Shown one piece after another: positions 20,125 through 30,367 of a stretch of 64,000 bases of DNA. Numbering within the stretch: the stretch's first letter is position 1; every line of letters starts with the position of its first letter. This stretch comes from an uncultured Candidatus Saccharibacteria bacterium. Lineage in GTDB: Bacteria; Patescibacteriota; Minisyncoccia; UBA6257; 2-01-FULL-56-20. A program made the translations under genes and the position numbers. A model generated the notes under the pieces. It was given only the letters and a program-made list of their open reading frames with translations, did not search any database and was not told the origin of the DNA. The stretch is from contig CAYIAX010000003.1 in the NCBI GenBank assembly GCA_964361595.1, positions 6,071 to 70,070 of the forward strand. The letters run 5' to 3'.

Positions 20125-21144
20125 ATGGAAAAGAGAATTTTTGAAATATCCTGGATCAGCCTCTGGCGCGTACTGGTTTTGGTCGCCTTGGCGAGCGTCA
20201 TCTGGCAGGGCCTGCCTATTCTTTTAGGCCTTTTTTTGGCGATCGCGATTTCTTCCGGTTTGGAATTTTTAGTCGACTTTTTGGAGCGGCTTGGCATGCC
20301 CCGGACTTTGGGAGTGATCACGATCTTTTTAGTCGCCGCACTTTTCGTCATTGTCGTCGTCTATGCTGTAATTCCCTTGATTATCGTTGATCTAAGCAGT
20401 ATTTTTAGCGGACTGACCAAGGCCGCGAGTAAAGCCTGGTGGGGACCGCTCATTAATTTTAAAACCACGCAATCCCTAACAGCAATCATTAACCGCATTT
20501 CCAGCCAGTTCTTGGCGGGGGATACATCGCCCTTCTCCGCTTTTTCCGACGTGGTGGGCGGCATCGCGCTGGCCTTATCCGTTTTGATCAGCTCTTTTTA
20601 CCTAAGTCTTACCCATGACGGCGTGGAAAGGTTTATCCGCGCAGTTTTCCCGGCTGACCACGAGGAGGCCGTGCTTCGGATTTACGCGCGGGCCCGGAAA
20701 AAAATCGGCTTTTGGTTCCGGACGCAAATTATTTTGAGTTTGACCATGGGCTTCCTGGTTTGGATCTCGCTCTTGCTCTTAGGGGTAAAGCATGCATTTC
20801 TGGTCGGCGTCTTGGCCGCAATTTTTGAACTCGTGCCTTATGTGGGCCCGGTCTTATCCGGTGCCGTGGCTGTGATTTTGGCACTCGCAGTTTCTCCAAG
20901 CACCGCTTTGTATACTTTGATAGTATTCCTCTTTTTACATCAGGTTGAAAATCACTTTTTAGTCCCGCTTCTCGCGGGCAGAAACGTGGGTTTGCATCCG
21001 GTGATTGTAATTATTGCGCTTTTAGTCGGCGCCGAGGTCGGCGGGCTTTTAGGTATTTTAATCTCCGTGCCTGCGGCCGTGGTCATCCAGGAAATAATTG
21101 AAGACTGGTCTTCGCGTAAGCGGACGCGTCTGGCGGCTACTTAA
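20125..21144 (+). CDS. AI-2E family transporter
   Basis: Hydrophobic; 'PYVGP', 'QVENHFLVP...VGLHP', 'GGLLGILISVP'. Confidence 0.9.
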   Translation: MEKRIFEISWISLWRVLVLVALASVIWQGLPILLGLFLAIAISSGLEFLVDFLERLGMPRTLGVITIFLVAALFVIVVVYAVIPLIIVDLSSIFSGLTKAASKAWWGPLINFKTTQSLTAIINRISSQFLAGDTSPFSAFSDVVGGIALALSVLISSFYLSLTHDGVERFIRAVFPADHEEAVLRIYARARKKIGFWFRTQIILSLTMGFLVWISLLLLGVKHAFLVGVLAAIFELVPYVGPVLSGAVAVILALAVSPSTALYTLIVFLFLHQVENHFLVPLLAGRNVGLHPVIVIIALLVGAEVGGLLGILISVPAAVVIQEIIEDWSSRKRTRLAAT

Positions 21145-21145
21145 G

Positions 21146-22621
21146 ATGGAAGGAAAATTTTATATTACGACGACGATTCCTTACGTGAATGCGCCGCCGC
21201 ACATCGGTTTCGCCTTGGAGGCTCTAGAGGCAGATGTAATTGCGCGTTATCACCGCTCCTTGGGTGAGGAGGTGATTTTTAGCACCGGCACCGACGAGTA
21301 TGGCGCGAAGATTTACGAACGAGCGCTCCAGGAAAAAAAAGATCCCCAAGCGTATGTTGATGAATATGTGGCTAAGTTCGAAGATTTAAAGTCGGCTTTA
21401 GGCTTGAGCTACACGAACTTTGTCCGCACCACAAGCGCGCATCACAAAAAAGCCGCGCAGAAATTTTGGCAGCTTTGCGACCAAAGCGGCGATATTGAAA
21501 AAAAGCTGTATAAAATAAAGTATTGCGTAGGCTGTGAGCTGGAAAAAACGGATTCGGAGCTTCAAGACGGCCATTGCCCCCTCCATCCCAACCGCGAGCT
21601 TGAAATTCGCGAAGAGGAAAATTATTTTTTCAAATTTTCCAAGTATGGTGAGAGATTACTCGCTTTTTACGAAAAAAATCCGGATTTTGTAATCCCCAAC
21701 TTCCGTTTCAATGAAATTAAGCGTTTCATTGAAAAAGGATTGAACGATTTCAGCATCTCGCGCCTCAAAGAAAAAATGCCTTGGGGCGTACCCGTGCCCG
21801 GCGATGAGAAGCACGTTATGTACGTATGGTTTGATGCGCTCGTGAACTATGTTTCGACCTTGGGCTGGCCGGATGAATCAAAAACCTTTAGCGAGTTTTG
21901 GCCAGGCATGCAGATTGCCGGCAAGGACCAGATACGCCAGCAAGCCGCCATGTGGCAGGCCATGCTTATGTCCGCAGGAATTCCCAATTCCAAACAAATT
22001 CTTATCCACGGATTTATCAATATTGGCGGAGAAAAAATGAGCAAAAGCTTGGGCAATGTAGTTGACCCCCTGGCCCTGGCTTCAAAGTACGGTACTGACG
22101 CAGTGCGTTACTTTTTGGCCCGTCATATTCATCCTTTTGACGACAGCGATTTTTCAATTGAAGAATTTGAAGAAGCATATAATGCGAATCTTGCGAACGG
22201 CTTGGGCAACTTTGCCGCCCGGATAGTTGCTCTGGGCGAAGGCCAGGGCAAAATACCGTTAAAAGAGCGGAGACTGTCCGACACGGTTGCTCAAAAAATC
22301 GAATCGGGAAAAGCCGAGCTAACAGAAAGATTTGCAGAGTTTAAATTGAATGAAGCGATTGATGCCATTTGGCAGCTGATCCGATTCGGTGACGGTTACG
22401 TAAATGAAAAGAAGCCCTGGAAGAAGGCGGGAGAAAAAGATACGCAAGCAGTTTATGAATTAGCTGAAATTTTAAGCAGCGTCGCAAATATGCTCGCGCC
22501 TTTTTTGCCTGAAACGGCAAAAAAAATTGCCGAGTCAATTGATACCGATCATCCGGACGATGTGTTTGGTCCAGTAATGCGATTTAAAAAATTAACTCCG
22601 CTTTTCCCGCGCCTGGATTAA
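21146..22621 (+). CDS. metG: Methionine--tRNA ligase (short form)
   Basis: 'YVNAPPHIGF' (HIGH), 'YVWFDAL', 'KMSKS'. Confidence 0.95.
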   Translation: MEGKFYITTTIPYVNAPPHIGFALEALEADVIARYHRSLGEEVIFSTGTDEYGAKIYERALQEKKDPQAYVDEYVAKFEDLKSALGLSYTNFVRTTSAHHKKAAQKFWQLCDQSGDIEKKLYKIKYCVGCELEKTDSELQDGHCPLHPNRELEIREEENYFFKFSKYGERLLAFYEKNPDFVIPNFRFNEIKRFIEKGLNDFSISRLKEKMPWGVPVPGDEKHVMYVWFDALVNYVSTLGWPDESKTFSEFWPGMQIAGKDQIRQQAAMWQAMLMSAGIPNSKQILIHGFINIGGEKMSKSLGNVVDPLALASKYGTDAVRYFLARHIHPFDDSDFSIEEFEEAYNANLANGLGNFAARIVALGEGQGKIPLKERRLSDTVAQKIESGKAELTERFAEFKLNEAIDAIWQLIRFGDGYVNEKKPWKKAGEKDTQAVYELAEILSSVANMLAPFLPETAKKIAESIDTDHPDDVFGPVMRFKKLTPLFPRLD

Positions 22622-22647
22622 GTCGTATATGCAATTAGCCATTTGCG

Positions 22648-23505
22648 ATGAGCGCTAAGCCAATCATGTATTTTGATGCCCACACACACGTTCACTTCGC
22701 GGCTTTTAAGGAGGATTCGAAAGAGGTCATCAGGCGCGCGCTTGATGCCGAAGTCTGGCTCGTAACGGTCGGGACGCAGAAAGACACATCTCGAAAAGCC
22801 GTTGAGGTTGCCTCCGAGTATGACAAGGGCGTTTATGCGGCCATAGGTCTCCATCCTGTTCATACGTCCAAGTCATTTCACGACGAAGAGGAGCTGGGCG
22901 GCGGCGAAGCGGCAAAGTCTTTCACGAGTCGCGGCGAAGTTTTTGATCACGGTTACTATCTTAACCTCGCGAAAAATCCGAAGACGGTAGCGATAGGCGA
23001 GTGCGGCCTCGATTATTATCGGATGGAGGGCGACGGGAAAGAGCTTAAGGAAAAACAAAAGCAAGCTTTTGAATTGCAGATCGAACTGGCGAAAGAAGTT
23101 AAAAAACCGCTCATGATCCATTGCCGGGACGCTTTTTCGGATGTTTTGGATATGCTTAAAGCCCTTTCCGCGCCGCCCAGTGTCGCTCATCAAATGGTAA
23201 GAACTGTTAATGAAGCCAAGAAACTTTTGGATCTGGGCTACTACTTTACCTTCTCCGGCAATATTACTTTCAAGCCCAAACCGGACAAACCGGCTTTTGA
23301 CGAGGTCATAAAATACATTCCGCTCGACAGGATCCTAACCGAAACGGACGCCCCGTATCTTGCGCCTGCCCCTTACCGCGGAAAGCGGAATGAACCTGCA
23401 TATGTAATCGAGGTGGTAAAAAAACTTGCGGAACTTAAAAACTTAAGCCAGGAAGATATGGCCGCGCAGATTTTCGCGAATGCCAAGCGGATTTTCAAGA
23501 TTTGA
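22648..23505 (+). CDS. tatD: TatD-family deoxyribonuclease
   Basis: 'DAHTH', 'GLHP', 'GECGLDY', 'IHCR', 'ETDAPY'. Confidence 0.93.
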   Translation: MSAKPIMYFDAHTHVHFAAFKEDSKEVIRRALDAEVWLVTVGTQKDTSRKAVEVASEYDKGVYAAIGLHPVHTSKSFHDEEELGGGEAAKSFTSRGEVFDHGYYLNLAKNPKTVAIGECGLDYYRMEGDGKELKEKQKQAFELQIELAKEVKKPLMIHCRDAFSDVLDMLKALSAPPSVAHQMVRTVNEAKKLLDLGYYFTFSGNITFKPKPDKPAFDEVIKYIPLDRILTETDAPYLAPAPYRGKRNEPAYVIEVVKKLAELKNLSQEDMAAQIFANAKRIFKI

Positions 23506-23581
23506 CCGGAGAATAATAACACCGTGGGTCCTTTTTTGTTGATTTTTCAAGCTTTTTCGCCTATGCTCAATAGTGAATTAT

Positions 23582-26113
23582 ATGAAAGAAGCGTACGAGC
23601 CTAAAAAAATCGAGAAGAAATGGCAGAAGACTTGGCTGGACCAAAAAGTTTTTGCCGCCAAAGATAATTCCAAAAAACTTAAATTCTACCAGCTTGAGAC
23701 TTTTCCGTATCCTTCGGCCGCCGGGCTCCACGTGGGCCATCCCAAGGGTTATATCGCCGAAGATATCCACGCCCGCTACACGCGCATGCGGGGCAAGGAG
23801 GTGCTCTATACAATGGGTTGGGATGCTTTCGGCCTGCCGACGGAAAATTATGCGATCAAGATCGGCAAAAGCCCGAAAACAGTTGCGGCTGATAACATCA
23901 AGAATTTCAAGCGGCAGGTGCAAATGTTCGGCTTCTCTTATGATTGGGACCGCGAAATCAATACCGCCTCGCCGGAATATTACAAATGGACGCAATGGAT
24001 TTTCATCGAGCTTTTTAAGCGCGGTTTGGCTTACCGGAAGAAAGGAAAGGTTAACTGGTGTCCTAAGGATGAAACCGTACTTGCGAATGAGCAAGTGGAG
24101 GCGGGAAAGTGCTGGCGCTGCGGCAGTGCGGTTGAGCAGCGCGAGATGGAACAGTGGTATTTTAAAATCACGGATTATGCCGAGCGGTTACTAAATGATC
24201 TCGATGCTCTAACTCCGAAGCTTGATTGGCCGGCAGCTACGGTTAAGCGGCAAAAGGATTGGATCGGAAGATCGGAAGGAGCCCTTATACGATTTCCAAT
24301 CGTATCGCAGACAGGCGCGGAGAAAACGCGGACTGACGCGGAAAATCAGCGTAGGTCGGCGTCCAGTCAGCGAGAGTCCGCGTCGGTGGAAGTATTCACG
24401 ACGCGGCCGGACACGCTATTCGGGGCCACGTATATGGTATTGGCACCCGAACATCCGCTGTTTAAGAATTTAGAATCCAGAATTCAGAATCTAGCGGCGG
24501 TCAAAAAATATATTCGCGCGGCAAGCCGCAAGACCGAGCTCATGCGTCAGGAAGAAGCGCGCGAAAAAACCGGCGTGGAGCTTAAGGGCGTAAAAGCGAT
24601 AAATCCCGCGACTAAAGAAGAAATTCCCATCTGGATTGCTGACTATGTGTTTGCAAGCTACGGTACGGGCGCGATTATGGCGGTGCCGGCGCACGACGAA
24701 CGGGATTTTGAATTTGCGAAAAAATATAAACTCGCAATTAAGCAGGTGATTGGGCCAAAAGATAAAAAAGAAATGAAAACCGTGTGTTGGACCGGCGAAG
24801 GAATTCTAATTAACTCCGGCAAATTTTCCGGCCTGGATTCAGAATCTGCTAAATGGGCGATTACGAAAGAAGTTGGGGGAGCAAAAAAAGTCCAGTATAA
24901 AATGCGCGATTGGTCCGTTTCGCGCCAGCGCTATTGGGGCGCGCCGATTCCGATGGTCCATTGTGAAAAATGCGGCATCCTGCCCGTCGTGGAAAAAGAC
25001 CTGCCTGTACTTCTGCCGGATGATGCCAATTCTAAACAAAGTCAAAGGATGGATTATCGGCCGAAGGGAAAACCGCCGCTCGCAAGTTTAAAAACCTTCA
25101 TGGCCGTGAAATGTCCACAATGCGGTAGTGATGCAAAGCGTGATCCGGAAACACTTGATACATTCGTTGATTCCGCTTGGTATTACATTGCATACGCTAT
25201 GCAAGGAATTTCCAATTTCCAATTTCCAATTTCCAATTACACGAAAGCCATCGCGCATTGGTTGCCGGTCGACCTTTACGTGATCGGAGCCGAGCATACC
25301 ACGCTCCATTTGCTTTATTCTCGTTTTATTACAAAAGCTTTGCACGATGCCGGCCATATTGAATTTTCCGAACCGTTCTTGAAGCTGCGCCACTTAGGCC
25401 TAATCCGCGGAGCCGATGGGCAAAAAATGTCGAAATCGAAAGGCAATGTTGTAAATCCGGACTCGCTGATTGAGGAGTTTGGAGCCGATACGGTGCGCGT
25501 CTACGAAATGTTCATGGGGCCTTTTGAGGACGGGCAGCCTTGGGATCCGCGCGGAGTTATGGGCGCGCACAGGTTCCTGAATCGCTTTTGGGAATACGCG
25601 ACGTGGCTCACGAGCCAGATAAATAGCGGCATTGCTGAACCAGGCTTGAAGCGGGACGCTGTTCACAGAGCCATTAAAAAGATCGGCGAGGATATTGCGG
25701 GGTTTAAATTTAACACAGCTATTTCAACCTTGATGATTGTTCTGAATGAACTTACCGCGCAGGGCAAAATGCTGCCTTTGGCTCAAGCCGATTTTGAATC
25801 ATTATTAAAAATCTTCAATCCTTTTGCTCCGCACATGGCGCAAGAATTATGGTCGCGGCTGGACCATAAAACGTTTTTGGATTTCGAACCTTGGCCCGAA
25901 TATGACAAATCCGCCCTGAAGACAGAAAAATTCTTAATGGTAATCCAGGTAAACGGCAAACTCCGCGATTCCGTGGAAGTTGCCGCCGGAATTACCCAGG
26001 AAGAGGCGCAAGCGATCGCTCTCACGCGCGACCGTATCAAAGATTTGGTCAGGGGGAAAACCCCCAAGCGCGTCATTTACGTTCCCGGCCGATTGCTTAA
26101 TATAGTTACATGA
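23582..26113 (+). CDS. leuS: Leucine--tRNA ligase carrying repeat-derived in-frame inserts
   Basis: 'FPYPS..GLHVGH', 'FTTRPDT', 'SRQRYWG.PIP', 'KMSKS'. Confidence 0.97.
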   Translation: MKEAYEPKKIEKKWQKTWLDQKVFAAKDNSKKLKFYQLETFPYPSAAGLHVGHPKGYIAEDIHARYTRMRGKEVLYTMGWDAFGLPTENYAIKIGKSPKTVAADNIKNFKRQVQMFGFSYDWDREINTASPEYYKWTQWIFIELFKRGLAYRKKGKVNWCPKDETVLANEQVEAGKCWRCGSAVEQREMEQWYFKITDYAERLLNDLDALTPKLDWPAATVKRQKDWIGRSEGALIRFPIVSQTGAEKTRTDAENQRRSASSQRESASVEVFTTRPDTLFGATYMVLAPEHPLFKNLESRIQNLAAVKKYIRAASRKTELMRQEEAREKTGVELKGVKAINPATKEEIPIWIADYVFASYGTGAIMAVPAHDERDFEFAKKYKLAIKQVIGPKDKKEMKTVCWTGEGILINSGKFSGLDSESAKWAITKEVGGAKKVQYKMRDWSVSRQRYWGAPIPMVHCEKCGILPVVEKDLPVLLPDDANSKQSQRMDYRPKGKPPLASLKTFMAVKCPQCGSDAKRDPETLDTFVDSAWYYIAYAMQGISNFQFPISNYTKAIAHWLPVDLYVIGAEHTTLHLLYSRFITKALHDAGHIEFSEPFLKLRHLGLIRGADGQKMSKSKGNVVNPDSLIEEFGADTVRVYEMFMGPFEDGQPWDPRGVMGAHRFLNRFWEYATWLTSQINSGIAEPGLKRDAVHRAIKKIGEDIAGFKFNTAISTLMIVLNELTAQGKMLPLAQADFESLLKIFNPFAPHMAQELWSRLDHKTFLDFEPWPEYDKSALKTEKFLMVIQVNGKLRDSVEVAAGITQEEAQAIALTRDRIKDLVRGKTPKRVIYVPGRLLNIVT

Positions 26114-26153
26114 GTCCCGTTAGAGACAAAATCATGTATTATTTATTAACAGC

Positions 26154-27047
26154 ATGAAAGTAGTTATCGGCATCGTTATTATCATCATCCTGGTTGTTTT
26201 CTTGAGCCAAATTGGCCGGTTCACTTCGTGGAGTTGGAAAGGTCTTTTCAACTCTTCATCTTCGCCGTATTACTTCAACTATGCTCCGCAGGCGACCTCA
26301 ACGCCGCAAGCGACAACAACCCCGCCGGTTTCTTCGGGCCAATCGAGCCAGACAATAAATCCGGAGGACATTCCGCGCGGGTTTACGCTTAAGCAGCTTT
26401 CGCCGTATTTCAACCGCGTAAAAATAGATTCGGTCATCGTGCAAGATCCTTCGCAGGGGATTGTCTACGATACGGTAGTAATTAAAGCGGATTTGCGCGA
26501 GAGCGAAGCGGTGAATGTAAGCGGCTGGTTTTTAAAAGCTAATCGCGGCAGCTTTTACATCCCGCGCGCGGTCGCGCTCTACAATCCCGCAGCCCAGCCG
26601 GTCGAAGGTGATATCGTTTTGCGGTCACAAAACACGCTCAAGATTTTTTCTACCCGCGGGCCATTTACTTTTAATCTTAAAATCAACAAGTGCATGGGCT
26701 ATTTGAATAACCGTTTTAATACTGTGCCAAAATTTTCCGATACCTGTCCACAGATCAACCGCTTGGATGTTTCCACCTTTACCGGCATCTGCCAAGACTA
26801 TATTTTCTCCTTGTCTACCTGCCAGGAACCCTCGCGCAATCCGCCCGTGCTCGTGGATGATTATGCTTGCAGGCAATATTTAAATTCGCTCGATTACCCG
26901 GGCTGTGTGAATCGCAACCGGCGCGATCCGGATTTCTATAACGGCGAGTGGTGGGCGTGGTCAGGGAATAGGTTTTTAGATCCCTTGCACGATCGTTTGC
27001 TGCTTTTTGATAAGAAAGCGCTTTTGGTAGGCGAGTATATTTATTGA
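26154..27047 (+). CDS. Membrane-anchored Cys-containing hypothetical protein
   Basis: N-terminal TM, Ser/Thr/Pro linker, six Cys in the C-terminal part. Confidence 0.75.
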   Translation: MKVVIGIVIIIILVVFLSQIGRFTSWSWKGLFNSSSSPYYFNYAPQATSTPQATTTPPVSSGQSSQTINPEDIPRGFTLKQLSPYFNRVKIDSVIVQDPSQGIVYDTVVIKADLRESEAVNVSGWFLKANRGSFYIPRAVALYNPAAQPVEGDIVLRSQNTLKIFSTRGPFTFNLKINKCMGYLNNRFNTVPKFSDTCPQINRLDVSTFTGICQDYIFSLSTCQEPSRNPPVLVDDYACRQYLNSLDYPGCVNRNRRDPDFYNGEWWAWSGNRFLDPLHDRLLLFDKKALLVGEYIY

Positions 27048-27052
27048 AGAAC

Positions 27053-28108
27053 TTACTTCCGCTCCGCCAACACTACACGCACATTCAATTTTTTATCTCC
27101 GCGCAGGACAAGCAGGTTCATTACGTCGCCGACGGACATGTCTTCCAAGTAATCCTGGATCGGATGATCGCGGTCCACTTTGGCGTCGTTCACTTCAAGC
27201 ACAATATCTTTTTCTTTAAGTCCGGCCTTATCGGCGGGGCTTCCCGGCACGACGCCGTGGTCATGCGGAGTTTCATTCACGATGTAAGCGCCGTAATCTA
27301 CCGGCAATTTCATTTTGTGCTGGAGATTTTCATCGAGCACGATATAACGAACGCCCAAAAGCGGCCGCCGGATCCGTCCGAATTTATTCAGGTCATCGAG
27401 ATCGCGGCGGGCGGCATTGATGGGGATCGCAAAACCGATGTTCTGGGCGCCGAAAACGATTGCGGAATTGATGCCGATCGCAAGCCCGTCGCTTGTCACG
27501 AGCGGCCCGCCGGAATTGCCCGGATTAATGGCGGCGTCAGTTTGGATCAAGCCGCGCATTTCCTGCGGCGCCGATTTGGGATCGGCTTTGGCGGAAATTG
27601 AGCGCGAGAGGCCGGAGACGATACCCTGGGAAACCGTGTTTTTAAAAATACCCAAGGCATTTCCGATCGCAACCACATTTTGCCCCAGCTCCAATTTGGC
27701 GGCATCGCCCATAAAAACGGCCGGCAAAGCGGTAGCTTGGATTTTTAGGATAGCCACGTCGTTTATGGGGTCACGGGTCAAAATCTGTGCCGGGAACTTG
27801 CGGCCGTCGTTCATGGTTACCGTGTATTCGGCCTGGGGATCGCTAATCACATGTTTATTGGTCAAAACAAGCCCGTTTTGATCCACGACGAAACCCGAGC
27901 CGCCGCCCACCTGCACCATGCCGCGGCTGTCCACCATGAAGTCGGGAATCTTGAACTTCTTTTGCGGCACGCGGTGCATGCCCGGGAAAAAAGAATAAAA
28001 CTGGTGCGCCATGTCTTTTTCCACATCTGCCAAATGCTTGGAGATCATAATGGAGACGACCGACGGCATCAGTTTTTTGATGATTGCGATAAGCTTTTTT
28101 TCGTCCAT
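27053..28108 (-). CDS. HtrA/DegP-family serine protease with PDZ domain
   Basis: 'GSGF', 'TNKHV', 'QTDAAINPGNSGGPL', PDZ 'SPADKAGL'. Confidence 0.95.
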   Translation of the reverse strand: MDEKKLIAIIKKLMPSVVSIMISKHLADVEKDMAHQFYSFFPGMHRVPQKKFKIPDFMVDSRGMVQVGGGSGFVVDQNGLVLTNKHVISDPQAEYTVTMNDGRKFPAQILTRDPINDVAILKIQATALPAVFMGDAAKLELGQNVVAIGNALGIFKNTVSQGIVSGLSRSISAKADPKSAPQEMRGLIQTDAAINPGNSGGPLVTSDGLAIGINSAIVFGAQNIGFAIPINAARRDLDDLNKFGRIRRPLLGVRYIVLDENLQHKMKLPVDYGAYIVNETPHDHGVVPGSPADKAGLKEKDIVLEVNDAKVDRDHPIQDYLEDMSVGDVMNLLVLRGDKKLNVRVVLAERK

Positions 28109-28223
28109 CCCGTTAGAAATAGGACGCGGACAATAAGTTCCGCTCCCTGCCTTTTTTAAGATTATACACTATCACCGACTTTATTAGAAATTTCATGCCT
28201 TGCGTCCGCGATTTCTAACGGGA
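28109..28223. repeat. Inverted repeat pair CCCGTTAGAAAT / ATTTCTAACGGG; related half-site at about 26116
   Basis: Seen directly; the right arm lies in the 3' end of the CofE-like gene. Confidence 0.6.
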
Positions 28224-28945
28224 CGATGGCGGCGGAAAACCTTGAGCAGGGGAGCGTAAATGTCCTCGGCGTAAGGGATAACAAGCTCTTTATACGTAGG
28301 TTTGTTCGTAAACTGCAGATTGGGCATGTCTCGGACGACGAGGATCGGCGTCCGCTCGTTGCTTTCGCCCATAATAAGCACAGCCAGGGAGGCAACGCTG
28401 TCGATAACGTTTGCCCGCGTAACTTTTAATTTGCGGCCGAAAATATCTTTATGCCCGCGGTAGTCCTTAAGCGGCACGAGGCCGAAAAAGCCGATCGAGA
28501 TTCCCATCACGCCATAGCGCATGGGAATTGTATGGCTATCGGTAATAACTACGGCGAGTTCCTTCAGACGGAACTTCTTTTTTAAATAGTTACAGATCTC
28601 CAGGGCGAGTTTAGCGGGATTCTTCGGCCATAAAATGTAATAGCCGTTGCCGTTCGACTCATCAATGCCGGCGGAAGCGATCAGGGTATGTTCCTTGATG
28701 CTTAAGCAAAACCGGAATTTATTAAGATGCCGCAGGATATAAGCTTCGGCTTCGGTTTTTACGAGATCATCACGGGTTTTACCTCCGCCGATCTTTACCG
28801 TGCGGCCCTGGTGAATGCCCAAGACTTTCGAGGTGATCACAACTACATCTCGCTCTTTAAGTTTGGGCAGATAACGATCAAGAATCGGATAGATATTATC
28901 CCGGGGCGGCAAAATCGCGCGGGTTTTTACGGGAATGAAGCGCAT
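28193..28945 (-). CDS. CofE-like (F420-0:gamma-glutamyl ligase family) protein
   Basis: 'VVITSK', 'SAGIDESNG', 'VITDSH..P.R.G', 'DYRG..DIFGR', 'MGE..E.TP'. Confidence 0.85.
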   Translation of the reverse strand: MRFIPVKTRAILPPRDNIYPILDRYLPKLKERDVVVITSKVLGIHQGRTVKIGGGKTRDDLVKTEAEAYILRHLNKFRFCLSIKEHTLIASAGIDESNGNGYYILWPKNPAKLALEICNYLKKKFRLKELAVVITDSHTIPMRYGVMGISIGFFGLVPLKDYRGHKDIFGRKLKVTRANVIDSVASLAVLIMGESNERTPILVVRDMPNLQFTNKPTYKELVIPYAEDIYAPLLKVFRRHRPVRNRGRKA

Positions 28946-28954
28946 TTTAGTAAT

Positions 28955-29416
28955 TTATAAAAGCGCCATTTCCAAAGCGGTCATGGCGGCTTCTACGCCT
29001 TTGTTGGTGCGGCCCCGCGATCGCACTTTGGCCTGCGCTAAATTATTGGTCGTAATCACGCCGAAGCCGATCGGTTTATTGTATTCGCGCATGATGTTTA
29101 TAAGTCCGTGGGATACAGCCGAAGCGATGTATTCGTCATGCTTGGTTTCGCCCTTGATGATACAGCCCAAGGCGACAAGCGCATCCAACTTTTTCGTTTT
29201 AATCAGCCGGGCGCAAGCGTAAGGGATTTCAAAACTGCCGGGCACCTTCAAGATGGTTATATTCTGCTTTTTAACTCGCCATTCTCTAAGCGTCTCCAAG
29301 GCGCCCTTGAGCATCGCTTCGGTAATGTCGCTGTTGAAGCGCGACATCACAACGCCAACCTTGAGAGCCGAAGCATTTTTAGCGTTTGTCTTCCGGGCGT
29401 ATTCTCTTATTTGCAT
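28955..29416 (-). CDS. ribH: 6,7-dimethyl-8-ribityllumazine synthase
   Basis: 'SRFN', 'VPGSFEIP', 'LGCIIKGET.H', 'NKG.EAA'. Confidence 0.95.
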   Translation of the reverse strand: MQIREYARKTNAKNASALKVGVVMSRFNSDITEAMLKGALETLREWRVKKQNITILKVPGSFEIPYACARLIKTKKLDALVALGCIIKGETKHDEYIASAVSHGLINIMREYNKPIGFGVITTNNLAQAKVRSRGRTNKGVEAAMTALEMALL

Positions 29417-29425
29417 ACAAATACT

Positions 29426-30016
29426 TTACGCTTTATTTATGAGCGCGGCCAGATAGCGGGCCAGCATGTCTACTTCGATGTTTACTTCGTCACCGGGTTT
29501 CAATTCGCCCAAATTGGTTTTTGCGAGCGTGTAGGGGATTAAGGCCACCGTGAACCGGTCGGCATTTTTCTTCGCGACGGTTAAGCTTACGCCGTTTACG
29601 GCAACCGCACCTTTCTTAGCGACAAATTTAACAAGTTCGCGCGGGAGCTTTACCTCGATAACTTTCGAATTGCCGTAAGTTTTTAAGCTCGAAACTTTTC
29701 CCCGGCCGTCAATATGGCCTTGGACCAGGTGCCCGTCCAACAAACCATTTAGCGATAAAGGTTTTTCGAGATTCACCTCGCGGTTTTTTTTGAATGCAGC
29801 CGCAGTTGTTTTTTTGAGCGTCTCTGGCATGTATTCCACCTCGAAATAATTTGCGCCAAGTTTCTTGACCGTCGAGCAAATACCGTCAACCGCCACGCTC
29901 GCGCCCGGCTTAAGTTTCCAGCCCTTCGGTTTTTCGATGCGCACGCGCAAACAGGCTTTCGCCTTAGCCGTTAAAGCGATTAGCGCTTTGCTTTCAATAA
30001 TACCCGTGAACATCAA
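29426..30016 (-). CDS. ribE: Riboflavin synthase (alpha chain)
   Basis: 'MFTGII', 'GHLVQGHIDG', 'VNGVSLTV', 'VNIEVD'. Confidence 0.95.
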   Translation of the reverse strand: MMFTGIIESKALIALTAKAKACLRVRIEKPKGWKLKPGASVAVDGICSTVKKLGANYFEVEYMPETLKKTTAAAFKKNREVNLEKPLSLNGLLDGHLVQGHIDGRGKVSSLKTYGNSKVIEVKLPRELVKFVAKKGAVAVNGVSLTVAKKNADRFTVALIPYTLAKTNLGELKPGDEVNIEVDMLARYLAALINKA

Positions 30017-30360
30017 GGTTTAAAATATTCCGTGACGGCGCGGGTGTCGGCGGCGATGGCCTCGCGCAGGGAAAGATCATCCGTGAAATTTTTATCCTCG
30101 CGGATCTTTTTATAGAGTTCGGCGCTGATTTCGCGTCCGTAAAGATTGCCGGAAAAATTAAAGAGATAAGCTTCGAGCAAGCCGCGTTTTTGATCGGCGT
30201 AAGCCGCGGCGATATACTCGCGCCCGTCCACCGTCACCTTTGCCGCATAAATGCCGGATAAATTCTTGTTTGCGAGCGATATATTTACGGTCGGAAAGCC
30301 GAGGGCGCTAGCTCTGCCCGTTCCGCGCTGGACCATACCGGTAAAGGTCATATCGCTCAT
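30013..30360 (-). CDS. Monofunctional riboflavin kinase
   Basis: 'G.V..G.GR...LGFPTVN', 'LEAYLFNFSGNLYG', 'IRE...F'; no FAD synthetase domain. Confidence 0.88.
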   Translation of the reverse strand: MSDMTFTGMVQRGTGRASALGFPTVNISLANKNLSGIYAAKVTVDGREYIAAAYADQKRGLLEAYLFNFSGNLYGREISAELYKKIREDKNFTDDLSLREAIAADTRAVTEYFKP

Positions 30361-30367
30361 AATTGAA

